A DNA stretch of 64,000 nucleotides from Octopus sinensis (GCF_006345805.1 NC_043005.1:104098001-104162000); one strand, 5' to 3'. Numbered from the stretch's first letter, positions 1 through 12,005 are shown. The notes: a model not told the origin generated them from the letters alone. Numbers and translations: made by a program.

Positions 1-834
1 GAGAAGTTTACCTATCTGGGCTCTACCGTCACCTACAACCTATCCCTTGACGCTGAGCTCAATATACGTATTGGCAAGGCAGCTGCTGCGATGGCCCAAC
101 TCTCCAAACGGGCTTGGGACAACAATAAGTTGACCAAGACCACGAAAATGAAGATCTACCAGGCATGTGTACTCAGCACTCTACTGTATGGAAGTGAGAC
201 CTGGACGCTATACACACGCCAAGAGCGTCGCCTAAACATCTTTCACCTGCGCTGCCTCCGAAAAATCCTCCGCATCAAATGGCAGAATCATATCCCCAAC
301 AAAGATGTCCTCAGGCAGCAGCAATAATACCAAGCATGTTTGCACTCCTCACACAAAGACGTATGAGATGGCTTGGATATGTTAGCCGTATGAAAGATGG
401 CAGAATCCCCAAGGACATACTCTACGGAGAGCTTGCTAGGGGTACTAGGTCTGTGGGTAGACCGATCTTACGTTACAAGGATGTTTGCAAAAGGGACATG
501 AAGGCCTGCAACATCAATATTAGCGGTTGGGAGGCAGTTGCCGGCACCGTGGAGAATGGCGACGTACCGTAAAAGAGGGAATAACAAAGAGTGACAGAGA
601 GAGAGATGAGAAATGGAAAGAAAAGAAGAGACGTCAACAAGAGACTATGGCATTACAACCAGCCAGGAACAGTCTTCGCTACATTTGCGGTCCCTGCCAG
701 AGGGAGTGTTTGTACAGGATAGGACTACACAGCCATAGCAGGAAATGTATCAGGACATGAAATATAAAAGCCGGACTAGACTACTTTATGCGCAACTCCA
801 TTGTCTCCCGAGACAGAAAGGATGCCAACAACAA
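1..834 (+). mobile_element. RTE-clade LINE, 3' part (RT C-terminus, C2H2 finger, 3' tail), frameshifted
   Basis: Frame from base 1 reads EKFTYLGS...IGKAAAAMAQL...LLYGSETWTL, then MRWLGYVSRMKDGRIPKDILYGEL...GRPILRYKD and YICGPCQRECLYRIGLHSHSRKC. It ends in a small hairpin (tgtctc/gagaca) and a CAA-repeat tail, typical of RTE/BovB-like elements. Confidence 0.92.
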
Positions 835-2032
835 TATATGAATATGTAATATATACATATATGCTTATAACACACACACACACACACACAGACATGTATG
901 TCTGTGTGTGTGTGTATCTGGGCATACATAACTACACACGCACGCATACACATATATTAAGATAAAATTAAAATATGGGTTGGTACAGAGATCTGACAAT
1001 TTGACATAGAGACATCTTGATTAATATGGCAGAGTGGACATACGTACACACACGCACACACACACACACACATACACACATACATACATACACACATACA
1101 TACATACATACAGTCACAAACATGCATGCATACATGCATACACACATTCATGCATGCGTACACACATACATATACACATACATAAACACACATACATGCA
1201 TGCATACGTACATACATGCGTACATACATACATACACATATGCAGTTATCTGCAAACGCATGCTTTTCTTAGTGTATGGTGCGTACGCAGAAGAGAGTGG
1301 TGGAGTGAGAGAGAGAGAGAGAGAAGGATATATATATAGAGAGAGAAGGGTGGCGAGTGAGAGTAATTGATTGATTGATTGGAAACTTAGTTGATTTAGT
1401 GATTGATCAAATCAATGATACAGTACTTAGAGAGAAAGGGAAAGTACGAGAATGAGAGAGAGAGAGAGAGGGAGAGAGAGGGAGAGAGAGAGAGGGAGAG
1501 AGAGAGGGCGATTAAAAGAGAAAGAGAGAGAGAAAAAGAGGGAGGGAGAGAGAAAGAGGGAGAGAGAGAGAGTGGGCGATTAAAAGAGAAAGAGAGAGAG
1601 AAAAAGAGGGCAAAAAAGAGCAAGAAGAGAGTGCGAAGAAAAAGGAGAGAGAGAAAGAGAGACAGAAAGGTAAGAGACGTTGATATTCTATATTTGTGAA
1701 AATATGAAGATTCTTTCGCTGGTACAGAGGAGATGTAGGTACAGGTGTGTGAGTGGGTGTGTATGAGTGTGTGTGTATGTGTATGTGCGTGTGTGTGTGT
1801 TTCTATGTGTATGCCTGTGTGTGATGTGGAGCGGAGTAAGTTACTACAATACGATATAACAAACGTGTGCCTGATGTACCGGGAGACGACAGAGTAAGAA
1901 AGGTGAGCATAATGTATGCAGGTATGTATATATAACGGGAAGCTTTATGAGAATAAACAAAAGACGAAGGCAGGTGGAAAACAAACGAACAATTGTATTA
2001 GTATGGCGCTCAGGAAATATAAATAAAACAAG

Positions 2033-2070
2033 TCTTTAACGTTTCGAGCCTACGCTCTTCAACAGAAAGA
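2033..2070 (-). ncRNA. Minimal type I hammerhead motif (CUGUUGA variant) in Penelope pLTR
   Basis: Reverse complement reads TCTTT CTGTTGA A GAGC GTAG GCTC GAAAC GTT AAAGA: helix I TCTTT/AAAGA, helix II GAGC/GCTC, palindromic ACGT helix III. Confidence 0.75.
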
Positions 2071-2914
2071 TACACAGAGAGAGAAAAACACAGAAAGAAG
2101 GAGAGAAAAAAAATGCGTGCAGTAGCTAACGAATCAACATGGCGATCTGATTTCGGCCAGAGGTCAAAGATCAAACATGAGACGCGAGAGCGAAATAAGG
2201 GAGATAATAGGGTTGATAAAATGGTTGAGGGACCAGCTAAAAGTGCGTGGGAGGGGTCTGGATGTGTGTATGTATAGGGTTGGTGTATGTATTAGTATGT
2301 ATAAGGTGTGTGTGTGTGTGTGTGTGTGTATGAGAGAGTATTAGTGCGTAAGATTGTTCTGGACGTGCGTATGTATGGGGTTGGTGTATGTTTAAGTAAT
2401 GTATTAGTATGTATTAGTACGTATTGGTATGTATAGGTGTGTGTGTGTTGGTGAGAGAGTATAAGTGCGTATGCGGGGTCCTGGACGTGTGTATGTATAG
2501 GGTTGGTGTAAGTATTAGTATGTACTGGTATGTATTAGTACGTATTAGTATGTATTAGTTGGTTGTGGTATTAGTATGGCACATCATATGTGATGTGATG
2601 TGTAAAGTCAATGTGTTGTAGTGGAGGAGAAGAGGGGGAGGGGAGAAGAGGGGGGGAGAGAAGGCGAGGGGAAGAAGAGGGGGAGGAGAAGGGGGAAGAG
2701 AGAGGATGGGGGAGAAGGAAGGGGAGGAGGGGGATGAAGGAGGAAAGAGGGGAGAGGGGAGAGAGGGAGTGAGGGAGCAGAGGGAAGGGGAGAGGGAGGG
2801 AGAAAGAGGAAGAAGGGAAGGGAAGTAGGGGTGAAAGGATGAAGGACTGAAGAAGTAGGGGTCGGGGGAGAAAGGATAGGTGAGGAGGGGAGAGGGGGTT
2901 AGATGAGGAGGGGG

Positions 2915-5800
2915 GGAGAGTTGAGACACCAAATGCGTATAAGAGCGAAGTAGAAGATTAATTCCTGTTCACGGCGCAAACGGGAATCCGGATTGCCTCT
3001 GTGTAGGACAAAACCGAACACAGATAGGTGTTTGCAAGGAGTGACCGGTGGAGCGGAAATGGCGTGAGACCGGTGTGTCGTTCGCAAGGTGGATGTCACG
3101 AAGGTGTTCCGCGAACCGGTCAGCCAAGCGGCGTCCCGTTTGTCCGACGTACAAGGAATTGCAGAGAGAGCAAGAGATGCAATAGATAATATTGCTGGAG
3201 GTGCAGGTGAAGGAGTGGATGATGGGATAGGGTCGATGGTGGGGGTGCTAGTGAGGCGAGGCGGTGGTGTTGGAGAGGTAAGGGCAAGTGCGGCAAACGT
3301 GGGCGGGAGCAGGGGAACGAGCCGGGTTGGGAGGTAGGGTCAGGGAAGGAGCTATGGACCAAAAGGTCTCGAGGTTGTGGGCTCGTTTGAAAGAGGGGAG
3401 AGGTCGGTTAGGGAAGAGGTGTGAAGTGGACGGGTCGGACTGGAGATGACGGAAAGCTCGAAGAATGGTGCGTTGGAGACTTAGGTCGTGGGGGTGGTAA
3501 GTGAGGGGAAAAGGGAGGCGGGAGACTACAGGGCGGGTTCGGGGAGAGAGAGCAATAGAACCGGTCCACGGACCGTGCTCTGGCAAGGGCAGTGTGGATA
3601 GTGGTGAGGGGTATCCACGTAGGGTGAAGTGGTGAGCCATACGTTGAGACTGAGTCTCAAAGTCATGGTCGTCACTACAGAGCCTACGTAGACGGAGGAA
3701 TTGGGGAATAGGGATGGAAAGCTTGGTGTGTTCTGGGTGGGAGGAAGAGAAGTTGAGGTATGAGTGTGAGTCTGTGTGTTTGTAGTGAATGGAGGTGGTA
3801 AGAGTGGAGTGAAGAATGCTAACCGAATGTCGAGGAAGGAGACAGAGGTGTGGAGATAGTGGAAGTGAAGTGGAGGGCTGGATGGAAAGATTGGACGAAA
3901 GAGAGGAAGGAATCTAGATGTTCGCGGGAGAGTGAGGTGGCACCGATAATGTCGTCAATATAACGACCATATAGTTCAGGAGTGGGACCAGTGAAATTAG
4001 AGAATATTTGGGCCTCAACATAGCCAACGAACAGGTTCGCATAGTTGGGGCCCATTCGCGTTCCCATGGCCACTCCCGACCTGATGGTAGAACTCGCCCG
4101 CGAACGAGAAGCAGTTCAGAGTAAGGCACAGTTCGGCCAGACGAATGAGTGTGGAGTTGTCAGGTACAGGGTTAGAGCGGAGGTCAAGAAGTGTCGAAGG
4201 GCCTGCAGTCCTTCGTGGTGAGGGATAACAGTATAGAGGCTTTGGATGTCCATAGTAAAAAGGATTTTGGAGGAGCCGGGAGGAAAGGAGAAAGAGGTTG
4301 AAAAGCCGGAGAGCATGGTTGGTATCGTGGATGTGGGAGGGAAGAGATGCCACTAGGGGGGCAAGGACACGGTCGAGGTATTTAGAGATGAGCTCCGTGG
4401 GGCAGTACAGGCGGAGACGATGGGGCGGCCAGGGTTGTTGGGTTGTGGATTTTGGGGAGGAAGTAAATGGTGGGGGGTACGTGGGGTTCGCACAATTAGG
4501 TTGGATGCGGTGCGGGGGAGACGGGAGGACGAGATGAGGTCTTGGACTTAGAGGATACCGTCTGTTGGTAGCTACGTGTGGTGTTAGAGGGCAGAGGGGA
4601 ATAGAAGGAGGTGTCATTGAGTTGGCGAAACCTCGGCCCTATAGAGGTCCGCGCGCCACACCACTACAGCTCCACCCTTGTCAGCCGGTTTGATGATAAT
4701 GTCAGCGCGCGTTGGAGGGAACGAAGAGCCAAGAGCTCAGCCGGGGAGATGTTGAGGCGGCGTTGGCGCCTGAGAAGTTGAACCGCTCCAATGCACGCTG
4801 ACAAGCGCCCGCGAAAAGATCCACTGCTAGGATCTGGCCAGGGGCAGGCGTCCACGGGGATGGTCGGCGGCCCAGGCCAGTGAAGCAGTCGTCCTCTTCG
4901 TTGGGTTGTTGGTGGCGAGTCGTGGTAATGCGCACCCACCGGACACGGCGCACAAAGCTGTGGACCTCAACTCGCGTCTGGAATTCCTTACAGGATGAGT
5001 GAGGGCTGAAGAGACGCCCCTACCAAGGACGGAGCGTTCAGCCGCCAGAGAGGGGAAGATCGGGGGGAATGGTAACAACAGACGGAAGTGAGAAGGGGTG
5101 GGTGGAATAGAAGTAGGAGGGGTGGTAGGTCTCGTGGAGGTCTGAGGGGAGGGATTGGGGAGGTGTGTGGGGGGTGGTTGGGCGGGGCAGTAGGGTTAGG
5201 TGTAGGTGGATGGAGCCTAACGGGAGGGGAGAAGGGTTGTAGGGAGGGGCAGTGGGGTTAGGTGTGGGTGGATGGAGCATTCGGGAGGGGAGAAGGGTGG
5301 TGGAGGAGTTGAGGTAGTGGCGTCGGGTAGGGTGGAATTGGAAGAGTGATTGGAGTTTACGAAGTTTGGTATCAGAAAGAAAATGATGGAAGAGTTTGAT
5401 TCAAATGGATATGAAGAGCGTAGCGTGTTTGGAGCATAGAGAGGCGGCAGAGAGGAGAAGAAGGTGGAGAAAGCAGGAGGAAGAAGGCGGTTGATGGCAT
5501 GTAGTTTGGAGAGATTGGAGCGAATGGTGGCCCGCATAAGGCGGTAAGATGTGGTACGGAGTATGGGTAAGATGGAAGAATCCGAGTGGAGAGCAGGGTG
5601 GAAGTGGAGGCGGAACCTTTAGGGATGAGTCGGTGATGTAGGCAGCGGCTTAGGAAAGAGACATGGCTAGAGAAGCGGGTTTTTAAAAAAGAAGTAGAGA
5701 GAGATTAACGGACGGCTGAAGGCAATATACAGGAAGTGAAACGTAGATGATCCTTCAAACGGTGATGGAGGGTGAGGAGGTAGGACCTAGGATCCGGCAT
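2915..5800 (-). pseudogene. Penelope RT/GIY-YIG endonuclease ORF (broken into several frames)
   Basis: ATG at 5800-5798 (MPDPRSYLL...). The ORF track pieces 5217-5537, 4664-4953, 4015-4617, 4116-4316, 3819-4073, 3248-3640, 2969-3154 and 2899-3099 are consecutive parts of one protein. Confidence 0.85.
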
Positions 5801-6283
5801 GATGGGATAGCGGAAAAAAACGTTCGAAAAAAAAAAAAAAAAAAAAAAAAAACAAAATTATCGTATGAAAAAAATAGAAAAAGAGGGATAGCGAAAAAGG
5901 GGAAAAAAACAAACGTTCAAAAACAAAAAAATAATAATCGTATGAAAAAACTAGATAAGTAAGCGATAGGGGCAGAAAGACGGGGCAAACGGAAAAGGGA
6001 AAGAAGGAAGTGTAGCAGAGATGGGGGAGGCAAAAAAGGGGGGGCAGGCAGAGGGAAACGGAGTATGGACATCCAGAAGAGGAAGAAAGACGGAAAGGAG
6101 AACAAAAATTCAGGAAAATGTGGGATCATGAAATGAATGTAAAAAAGTGGTTAATATAAGAGAAAATAAAAATACAACAAACGGGACAGTTTATGCGAAC
6201 AAGTTCAAGGTTGAAAGTTCAAGGTGAGGACATACATACATGATGCATATATATACATATATATACATACATACATACATATA

Positions 6284-6343
<60 letters not shown>

Positions 6344-6432
6344 ATATTATATACATACAGAGAGAGAGGGGGAGAGGGAGACATACAGACAGACAGACCG
6401 ATTGGCAAATGAATAAATAAATGCAAATGAAT

Positions 6433-6490
<58 letters not shown>

Positions 6491-7186
6491 CAGGGAGTGA
6501 GAGAGAAAGAGAGAGATGCGGGGAGAAAGAGAAAGTGAGTGAGAAAGAGGGAGGAAGAGAGAGCGCGACAGAGACAGAGAGGGAGAGAGTATCTGATTGC
6601 ATTCGAAGTAAAAGAAAAATGGTTGGCAGTTTTTGATCAGGTAACGAAAGCAGACGGAGATAAAGTGAGTTGGGAGTAGCATGAGACAATAGATAAGTAA
6701 AGCAGAGGAGAAGGAGGAGAAAGAAGAGGAGGGGGAAGAAGGGGAACATGAGAAGGTGGAATGTTGAATGAAGGGGAAATGAAGAGAGGCAAGAGAGTGA
6801 AAAAGAGATACAAGTAATATGGCAGACATAAAGAGAAGGTAAGGGAGGGTAGTAATGTGTTCACATGTATATGTAGACACAAAATCAAACATTTATGAAT
6901 ATATTGCAGGATCTGTTCTGTGTTATAGACGGCACTAATAGTAGGTCTGCGCATGTGTATGTGTACGTATATGTGAATCTTCTCCCCTGTGTATGCATGT
7001 GTGTGTTAAACGATGAAGTATTGCATACTGTATACATCAACTTCCTAATTAATTAAAATATTATTCTGTCTGGGAATAAAAAAATTAATCCTATCAGAAA
7101 TTATTAGCGACAAAAACAAGGAGTTACAATATAGAAATATTAAAATTAAATTTCGCAACTCTTACTTCTTAAGAAACAATCTTACC

Positions 7187-7246
7187 CTGTATTGACACTG
7201 AAGACTCTGGACAAGTGTTTCGGTTTATTTGACGTCGTCAGTACAG
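7187..7246 (-). ncRNA. Degenerate type I hammerhead motif
   Basis: Reverse complement reads CTGTA CTGACGA CGTCAAATAAACC GAA ACACT...AGTGT C AATACAG. Helix III and the GUC site are good; helix II is poor and helix I is offset. Confidence 0.45.
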
Positions 7247-7496
7247 TATATTTAAAACAGTGGGTCGATAAGTAGGTTGCTTGTATTTAGAAGGGTTAAG
7301 ATAGAGATAAACACGTAAGTACTATGCATAATTTCAATATGAAGTATTAAGAAAACTAAATCAAATGAATCAAATGAGCCAAGATATACGTCGTGAATGG
7401 TAACTATAAGATATTTGCAATATTAAAAATAAATACAATATATATACATATATAATATGTGACAAAGATTTTTCATTGCATTTTTTCCGATGGCCG

Positions 7497-7557
7497 GATA
7501 ACTGAAGAGATGGCGGCGTGGATTTCCACCTCGGCATCCGAAACTCGGAGTTTTATC
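7497..7557 (+). ncRNA. Type I hammerhead ribozyme motif with long helix II
   Basis: GATAA CTGAAGA GATGGCGGCGTGG ATTT CCACCTCGGCATC C GAA ACTC G GAGT T TTATC. Helix I is GATAA/TTATC, helix II pairs 11 of 13, and the cleavage triplet is GUU. Confidence 0.75.
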
Positions 7558-7667
7558 ATGGCTACCGAATAATTGTCACATATTACATTTACAGATAAAT
7601 TCCTCTATTTACATAATACCAAGCTCTCTTCCATTCTTTTGTTGTCTTACCATTTCTATCAATATAT

Positions 7668-7874
7668 ATATAAATACAGTGTACATTTAAACGCATAAGA
7701 GGTAGCCATCATAGGTTTCCTTGCACGCTAGAAAGGACAATTAAATTCCAAACCAATATTAGGGATAAAGTTTCGAAGGGAATAGTGGTTTGGAATTGTA
7801 ACTGTCCTTTTTAGCGTGCAAGGAATCCAATGATGGATACCACTTATGTGTTTAAATGTACACTGCATTTATAT
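7668..7874. mobile_element. Palindromic MITE-like element (about 85-bp arms)
   Basis: The arm cagtgtacatttaaacgcataagagg...aattccaaacca is the near-perfect reverse complement of tggtttggaattg...gtttaaatgtacactg. The TA-CAGTG start suggests a Tc1/mariner-type MITE. Confidence 0.8.
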
Positions 7875-7889
7875 GAATAATATATAATA

Positions 7890-8240
7890 TATTGACTAAA
7901 TTTTCTTACACGCTAGGCCACTGGTGATGGAAATTTTCTGATTATTGCAGATTACCTGATTACCCTTTGATATTATTATCCGAACAAGGGTAATCCGCTA
8001 GCTGCTCGACCGGCCAAAGTACCTTAATCAAAAGGAGTTTACATTGTCGTCAAGGAGTTCCATGTTGACTTGCAGGAGGGATCCCTTGATTACGATGTAA
8101 ACTATTTTTGATTATAGCATGTTTGGTCCGACAAGTAGCTAGCGCATGGAGAATTAATATTCCGCGGTTCTGCTTAGCTATGAAATATATGTAACCAGGA
8201 TTTTATCTACTCCATTCCCTAATATTGAATTTTTTTTCGC
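7890..8240 (+). repeat. Highly structured (TA)n-flanked module with two hairpins
   Basis: Hairpin GATTACCCTT/AAGGGTAATC (7958-7995) and long imperfect hairpin 7996-8144 (CGCTAGCTGCT, GGCCAAA, TAATCAAAA, AGTTTACATTGT, TCAAGG arms). Confidence 0.6.
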
Positions 8241-8252
8241 ACACATACATAC

Positions 8253-8315
<63 letters not shown>

Positions 8316-8552
8316 GTAATACATATATACGACGGTTTCTTTCCGTCTACCCCTGCTGCTAACCGTAAGTTATAAAACATTTTTTTTTCAGCTTATCGAA
8401 TTTCGATACGGGTAAATGTACAACCTGCTACATCAATAAACGACTATTGTTCCTGAAAGTTGTTTTTTATACCGTCTACGGACTGCTCGAATCTTATTAT
8501 CTTCCTACACTCTCATCCTTGGATCTTACCCTTAGATACACACACACAAACT

Positions 8553-8640
<88 letters not shown>

Positions 8641-8699
8641 GTTATACATGCGCAATTGTGCATTCACATATGTACATATATGTAGAAAGATATAGGTAT

Positions 8700-9110
8700 A
8701 GAGTCAGGGATAGGGTTCTGTATACTACTGTCCGCTTCATTATATTTGCTAAAAATCCTTCTGGTGGTATTAATTTTAGGCTGGTACCATCCTTTTCCAA
8801 AAGTTTGTTGAATTCTTTCAACTTCTTCGGGTTAATTTTGATTTGTCGCACTTGCAACAAATCCGCTTTTAAACTTCTTCAAGTGGCTGCCGCATAGCTA
8901 GCTGCCGGCTCGAACCTCTTCTTTCTCCATTCTTTCTCCCACTTCACCCATACTGGGAAGGAAAACAAATATAATACACTGACCAAAACAGTAACAAATA
9001 ATTCAAATATTCAACAATAATGCTTCAACAATAGGTTCACCATTACGGGAGACCTTCAACAATCAAACAAATCCAATTGAATAATTTGGTCACATAAAAA
9101 AATAAACCCT
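8700..9110 (-). mobile_element. Possible 5' end/ORF1 remnant of a LINE
   Basis: Minus-strand frame MGEVEKEWRKKRFEPAASYAAAT*...LLQVRQIKINPKKLKEFNKLLEK...MKRTVVYRT. The SYAAA motif is common at the start of Tx1/L1-type ORF1; family not confirmed. Confidence 0.3.
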
Positions 9111-9218
9111 CCTCTTTCACCCGGCGTGCTAACGTTTCTGCCAGCTCACCGCCTTATATATCAATAATATTACAGTCAAGTTGAAACCAACTATATCATA
9201 ACTTTTTTTGTCCTTATA

Positions 9219-9377
9219 GGCGTAGGAGTGGCTGTGTAGTAAGTAGGTTGCTTACGAACTACATGGTTCTGGGTTCAGTCCCACTGCGTGGCACATTGGG
9301 CAAGTGTCTTCTGCTACAGCCTCGGGCCGACCAAAGCCTTGTGAGTGGATTTGGTAGACGGAAAGAAGCCCGTCGTA

Positions 9378-9434
<57 letters not shown>

Positions 9435-9656
9435 GTGTGTGTATATGTTTGTGTGTGTCTGTTTTTGCCCCCCCCCCCAACAAAGCTTGACAATCGATGC
9501 TGATGTCTTTACGCCCCCGTAACTTAGCGGTTCGGCAAAAGAGACCGATAGAATAAGTACTAGGCTTACAAAGAATAAGCCCTGGGTCGATTTGCTCGAC
9601 TAAAGGTGGTGCTCCAGCATGGTCACAATCAAAATGACTGAAACAAGTAAAAGAGT
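9219..9656 (+). mobile_element. tRNA-derived CORE-type SINE (family A), full length
   Basis: Pol III A/B boxes (tggctgtgtagtaag; ggttcagtccc), CORE-like ggcacattgggcaagtgtctt, internal (TA)n and a tail ending tgactgaaacaagtaaaagagt. At least 6 homologous copies in the window. Confidence 0.85.
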
Positions 9657-11311
9657 TATTACAGTAAAATATGATATATCATACGATGAGTTTTCATGCT
9701 CCGAAATATGATTCTATAATTCCATTCCTGATGTGATTCAGTCTAAGAAATTTACAGAGCAGCGCTTCTTGAGTCAAGTGCGAAAGGCAGAAAGTCATAA
9801 CAACTACGGAAAAACTTTCGAGAGAGGTGGAAACTATGAAGGAAGATATATTCCACCGGATATTTAGCCCGAAAAATTGTAACAAACTCGATTCCTGTGA
9901 AGGAATCCAAAGTGTGGTGGGTGTGGTCGGATGGGGTGTAGGGGTGGCTGAGTTCGTTAAACAACTGACAGAATAAATCTATCGAATAAGTAAGTTTCGG
10001 CGGGATTTGAATTCAGAATCGAAGAGCAGAAACAAATGCCGGACGGCATCCGGTCTAAGATTTGTACAGACCTGCCAGTCCACAACTTGATTTAATACAA
10101 TTTTTATTGACTCCGAAAGAATGAAAGGAAAAAGTTAGCTTCAGCGGGATTTGAACTCAGAGCGTAAAAAACATATATCGCGTACAATCTACCCGACAAT
10201 TTAACGATTTCTTATCTTTGGATCTTTTGTTTGACTTTTTCCTTTTGTTTTCTTTTTAAATAAACCTGTCGTCGGATTTTTATATTTTAAATATTAGAGA
10301 TAAAGATTCTGAAATCTAATTTTATTTAAAAAATCGGTATAAATATTTCTTTGAAACAGTGTAACTCGAAGCAAATAAAGCTATAAATAATAGTGTGTAA
10401 ACATTAGGTTCAAATCGCTTTGGAGAGACAAAGCCGAAGGCTACCAGTCAACAGTATAAAAATTACTTTTGAAATTAGGAATCACATCTAATGCTGTATA
10501 AATATATGTTAATTACATGTTAATTACATGGATAAAGAACACGAATTCTCTGTAAAAGCTATATTAGTTTTCAAAATAACGAAACTAACGTGTATTCATT
10601 AATGAAAGTAATTATAAATGCACTGTTTCACTTTTTGAAAATTTAAAATACTGTTGCTTCAATTTATTAAAAGTTTCGAAATGTAATTACAAACAAACAA
10701 AATATATACATTCATTTATACACTTCAAAAGCAAACGAGGTATATATATTTATACATACGAAAAATCTACTTCGTAAACGCACACGCATTAATAAAAATA
10801 TAAAAGTGACTGTAATTACACTAAATTAGAATCTGATTAAAAAAGAAGAAACATTTAAAAATTAAAAAAACAATATTCAGGTTTGGAATCGCTGTTATTG
10901 AAAAGATCGTTTAAAATTAAAGTTAGAGGAGATTTTTAAAAGCCACGCTTAATCGAAAAAACGCTCAAAAAACCCACCACACACCCACCCACGTGCGTGA
11001 GCACACTCACACACGCACATAGACACATAAACGCACACAAGTACGCACGTATGCGCGTGCACACACACACTCACGCGTACAATGCACAAAGTGCAAGTAG
11101 AAAAAAATTTAAGTGCAAGTATGAAAAAAAGTGATTAAATTATTTAAAAATAAGCCTTGATAATTTCATTGCTAATTCTAAGATTTCACGCTCGTTAACC
11201 AGCAGCGAGACTTAGAGTGCAGTTAGTACTATATTCAATAAACAGAAATAAAAAATATGAAAAAAAATGTGGCTGTTAAACACATCTTAATGTTTTTAGG
11301 CACCATAAATA

Positions 11312-11342
<31 letters not shown>

Positions 11343-11349
11343 GAATAAA

Positions 11350-11944
11350 TAAATAAATGGAGTTGAACGAAGATGTTAATAAAATTCCTTTACTTTCGAC
11401 ATATGTTTCGAAGACAACATGGTTTTATTCCAAAGGAATAAACGGTGTAAAATGCAATCTTCTCATCAGGAAAGAAAGAGAGCCTCTCTCAACAACAAGA
11501 CATTATAACAATTACGATGGCTGCCTACATGATAAACAGAACGTTATTAAGTATTAAAAAAACCGTTAGTCGATTTGACGTCAAAGGCAGATAGAAGGAG
11601 GAGAAGGGTTAAAAGGATAATAGGTAGAGAACAAATAGAGAGGGAGGGATACGTTGATTAAAAGAATGTTCAAAGGCTTAGGAAAAATTCCTCTATTGAA
11701 GTGAAGTGCAAGTTAAACTAATTGTTCAAACTATAATGACTGGCGAAATCACTTGTATGAGTAAAATGTATGTTTCTGCCAGTGTTTACATTTGTACGAT
11801 CTCTCTATGAGTGTGTTTACAAGGGGATTCTTAGAGAAGAGAATATGCAAGAGTTCAGAGTTGCAAATGTTACAAAATATCTTGCCCTTATCGAAAGGAA
11901 AGGATACGGACAGTATGAACCAATCTAACTTAAAATCTAACGGT

Positions 11945-11945
<1 letters not shown>
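11350..11945 (-). mobile_element. 3' end of a second Penelope-like family: GIY-YIG C-terminus plus pLTR
   Basis: Frame FKLDWFILSVSFPFDKGKIFCNICNSELLHILFSKNPLVNTLIERSYKCKHWQKHTF matches the W.I...C.LC..E...I...LN...E...C.H tail of PLE endonucleases. The downstream UTR holds a canonical hammerhead. Confidence 0.75.
11393..11474 (-). ncRNA. Canonical type I hammerhead ribozyme
   Basis: Reverse complement reads CTTTC CTGATGA GAAGA...TCTTC GAA ACATATGT C GAAAG: perfect core, 5-bp helix I, helix II GAAGA/TCTTC extended by TTTATTCC/GGAATAAA, palindromic helix III and a GUC site. Confidence 0.9.
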
Positions 11946-11995
<50 letters not shown>

Positions 11996-12005
11996 ACACA
12001 CCACA

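Larger units (their letters stand above)
1935..6200 (-). mobile_element. Penelope-like retroelement (Neptune-type), near full length, multiply frameshifted
   Basis: Minus-strand frames give N-terminal SHVSFLSRCLHHRLIPKG, RT motifs LFTMDIQSLYTVIPH, AMGTRMGPNYANLFVG and YGRYIDDI, a Cys linker (CRTCPY), and GIY-YIG IIYCISC...YVGQTGRRLADRFAEH...VSRHF...REQELIF. The 3' pLTR carries a hammerhead. The 5' boundary is approximate. Confidence 0.9.

Noticed and set aside
9219-9290. tRNA-like heads of SINE families A, B and C as tRNA genes
   Set aside because: No complete cloverleaf, and each continues into a repeated SINE body.
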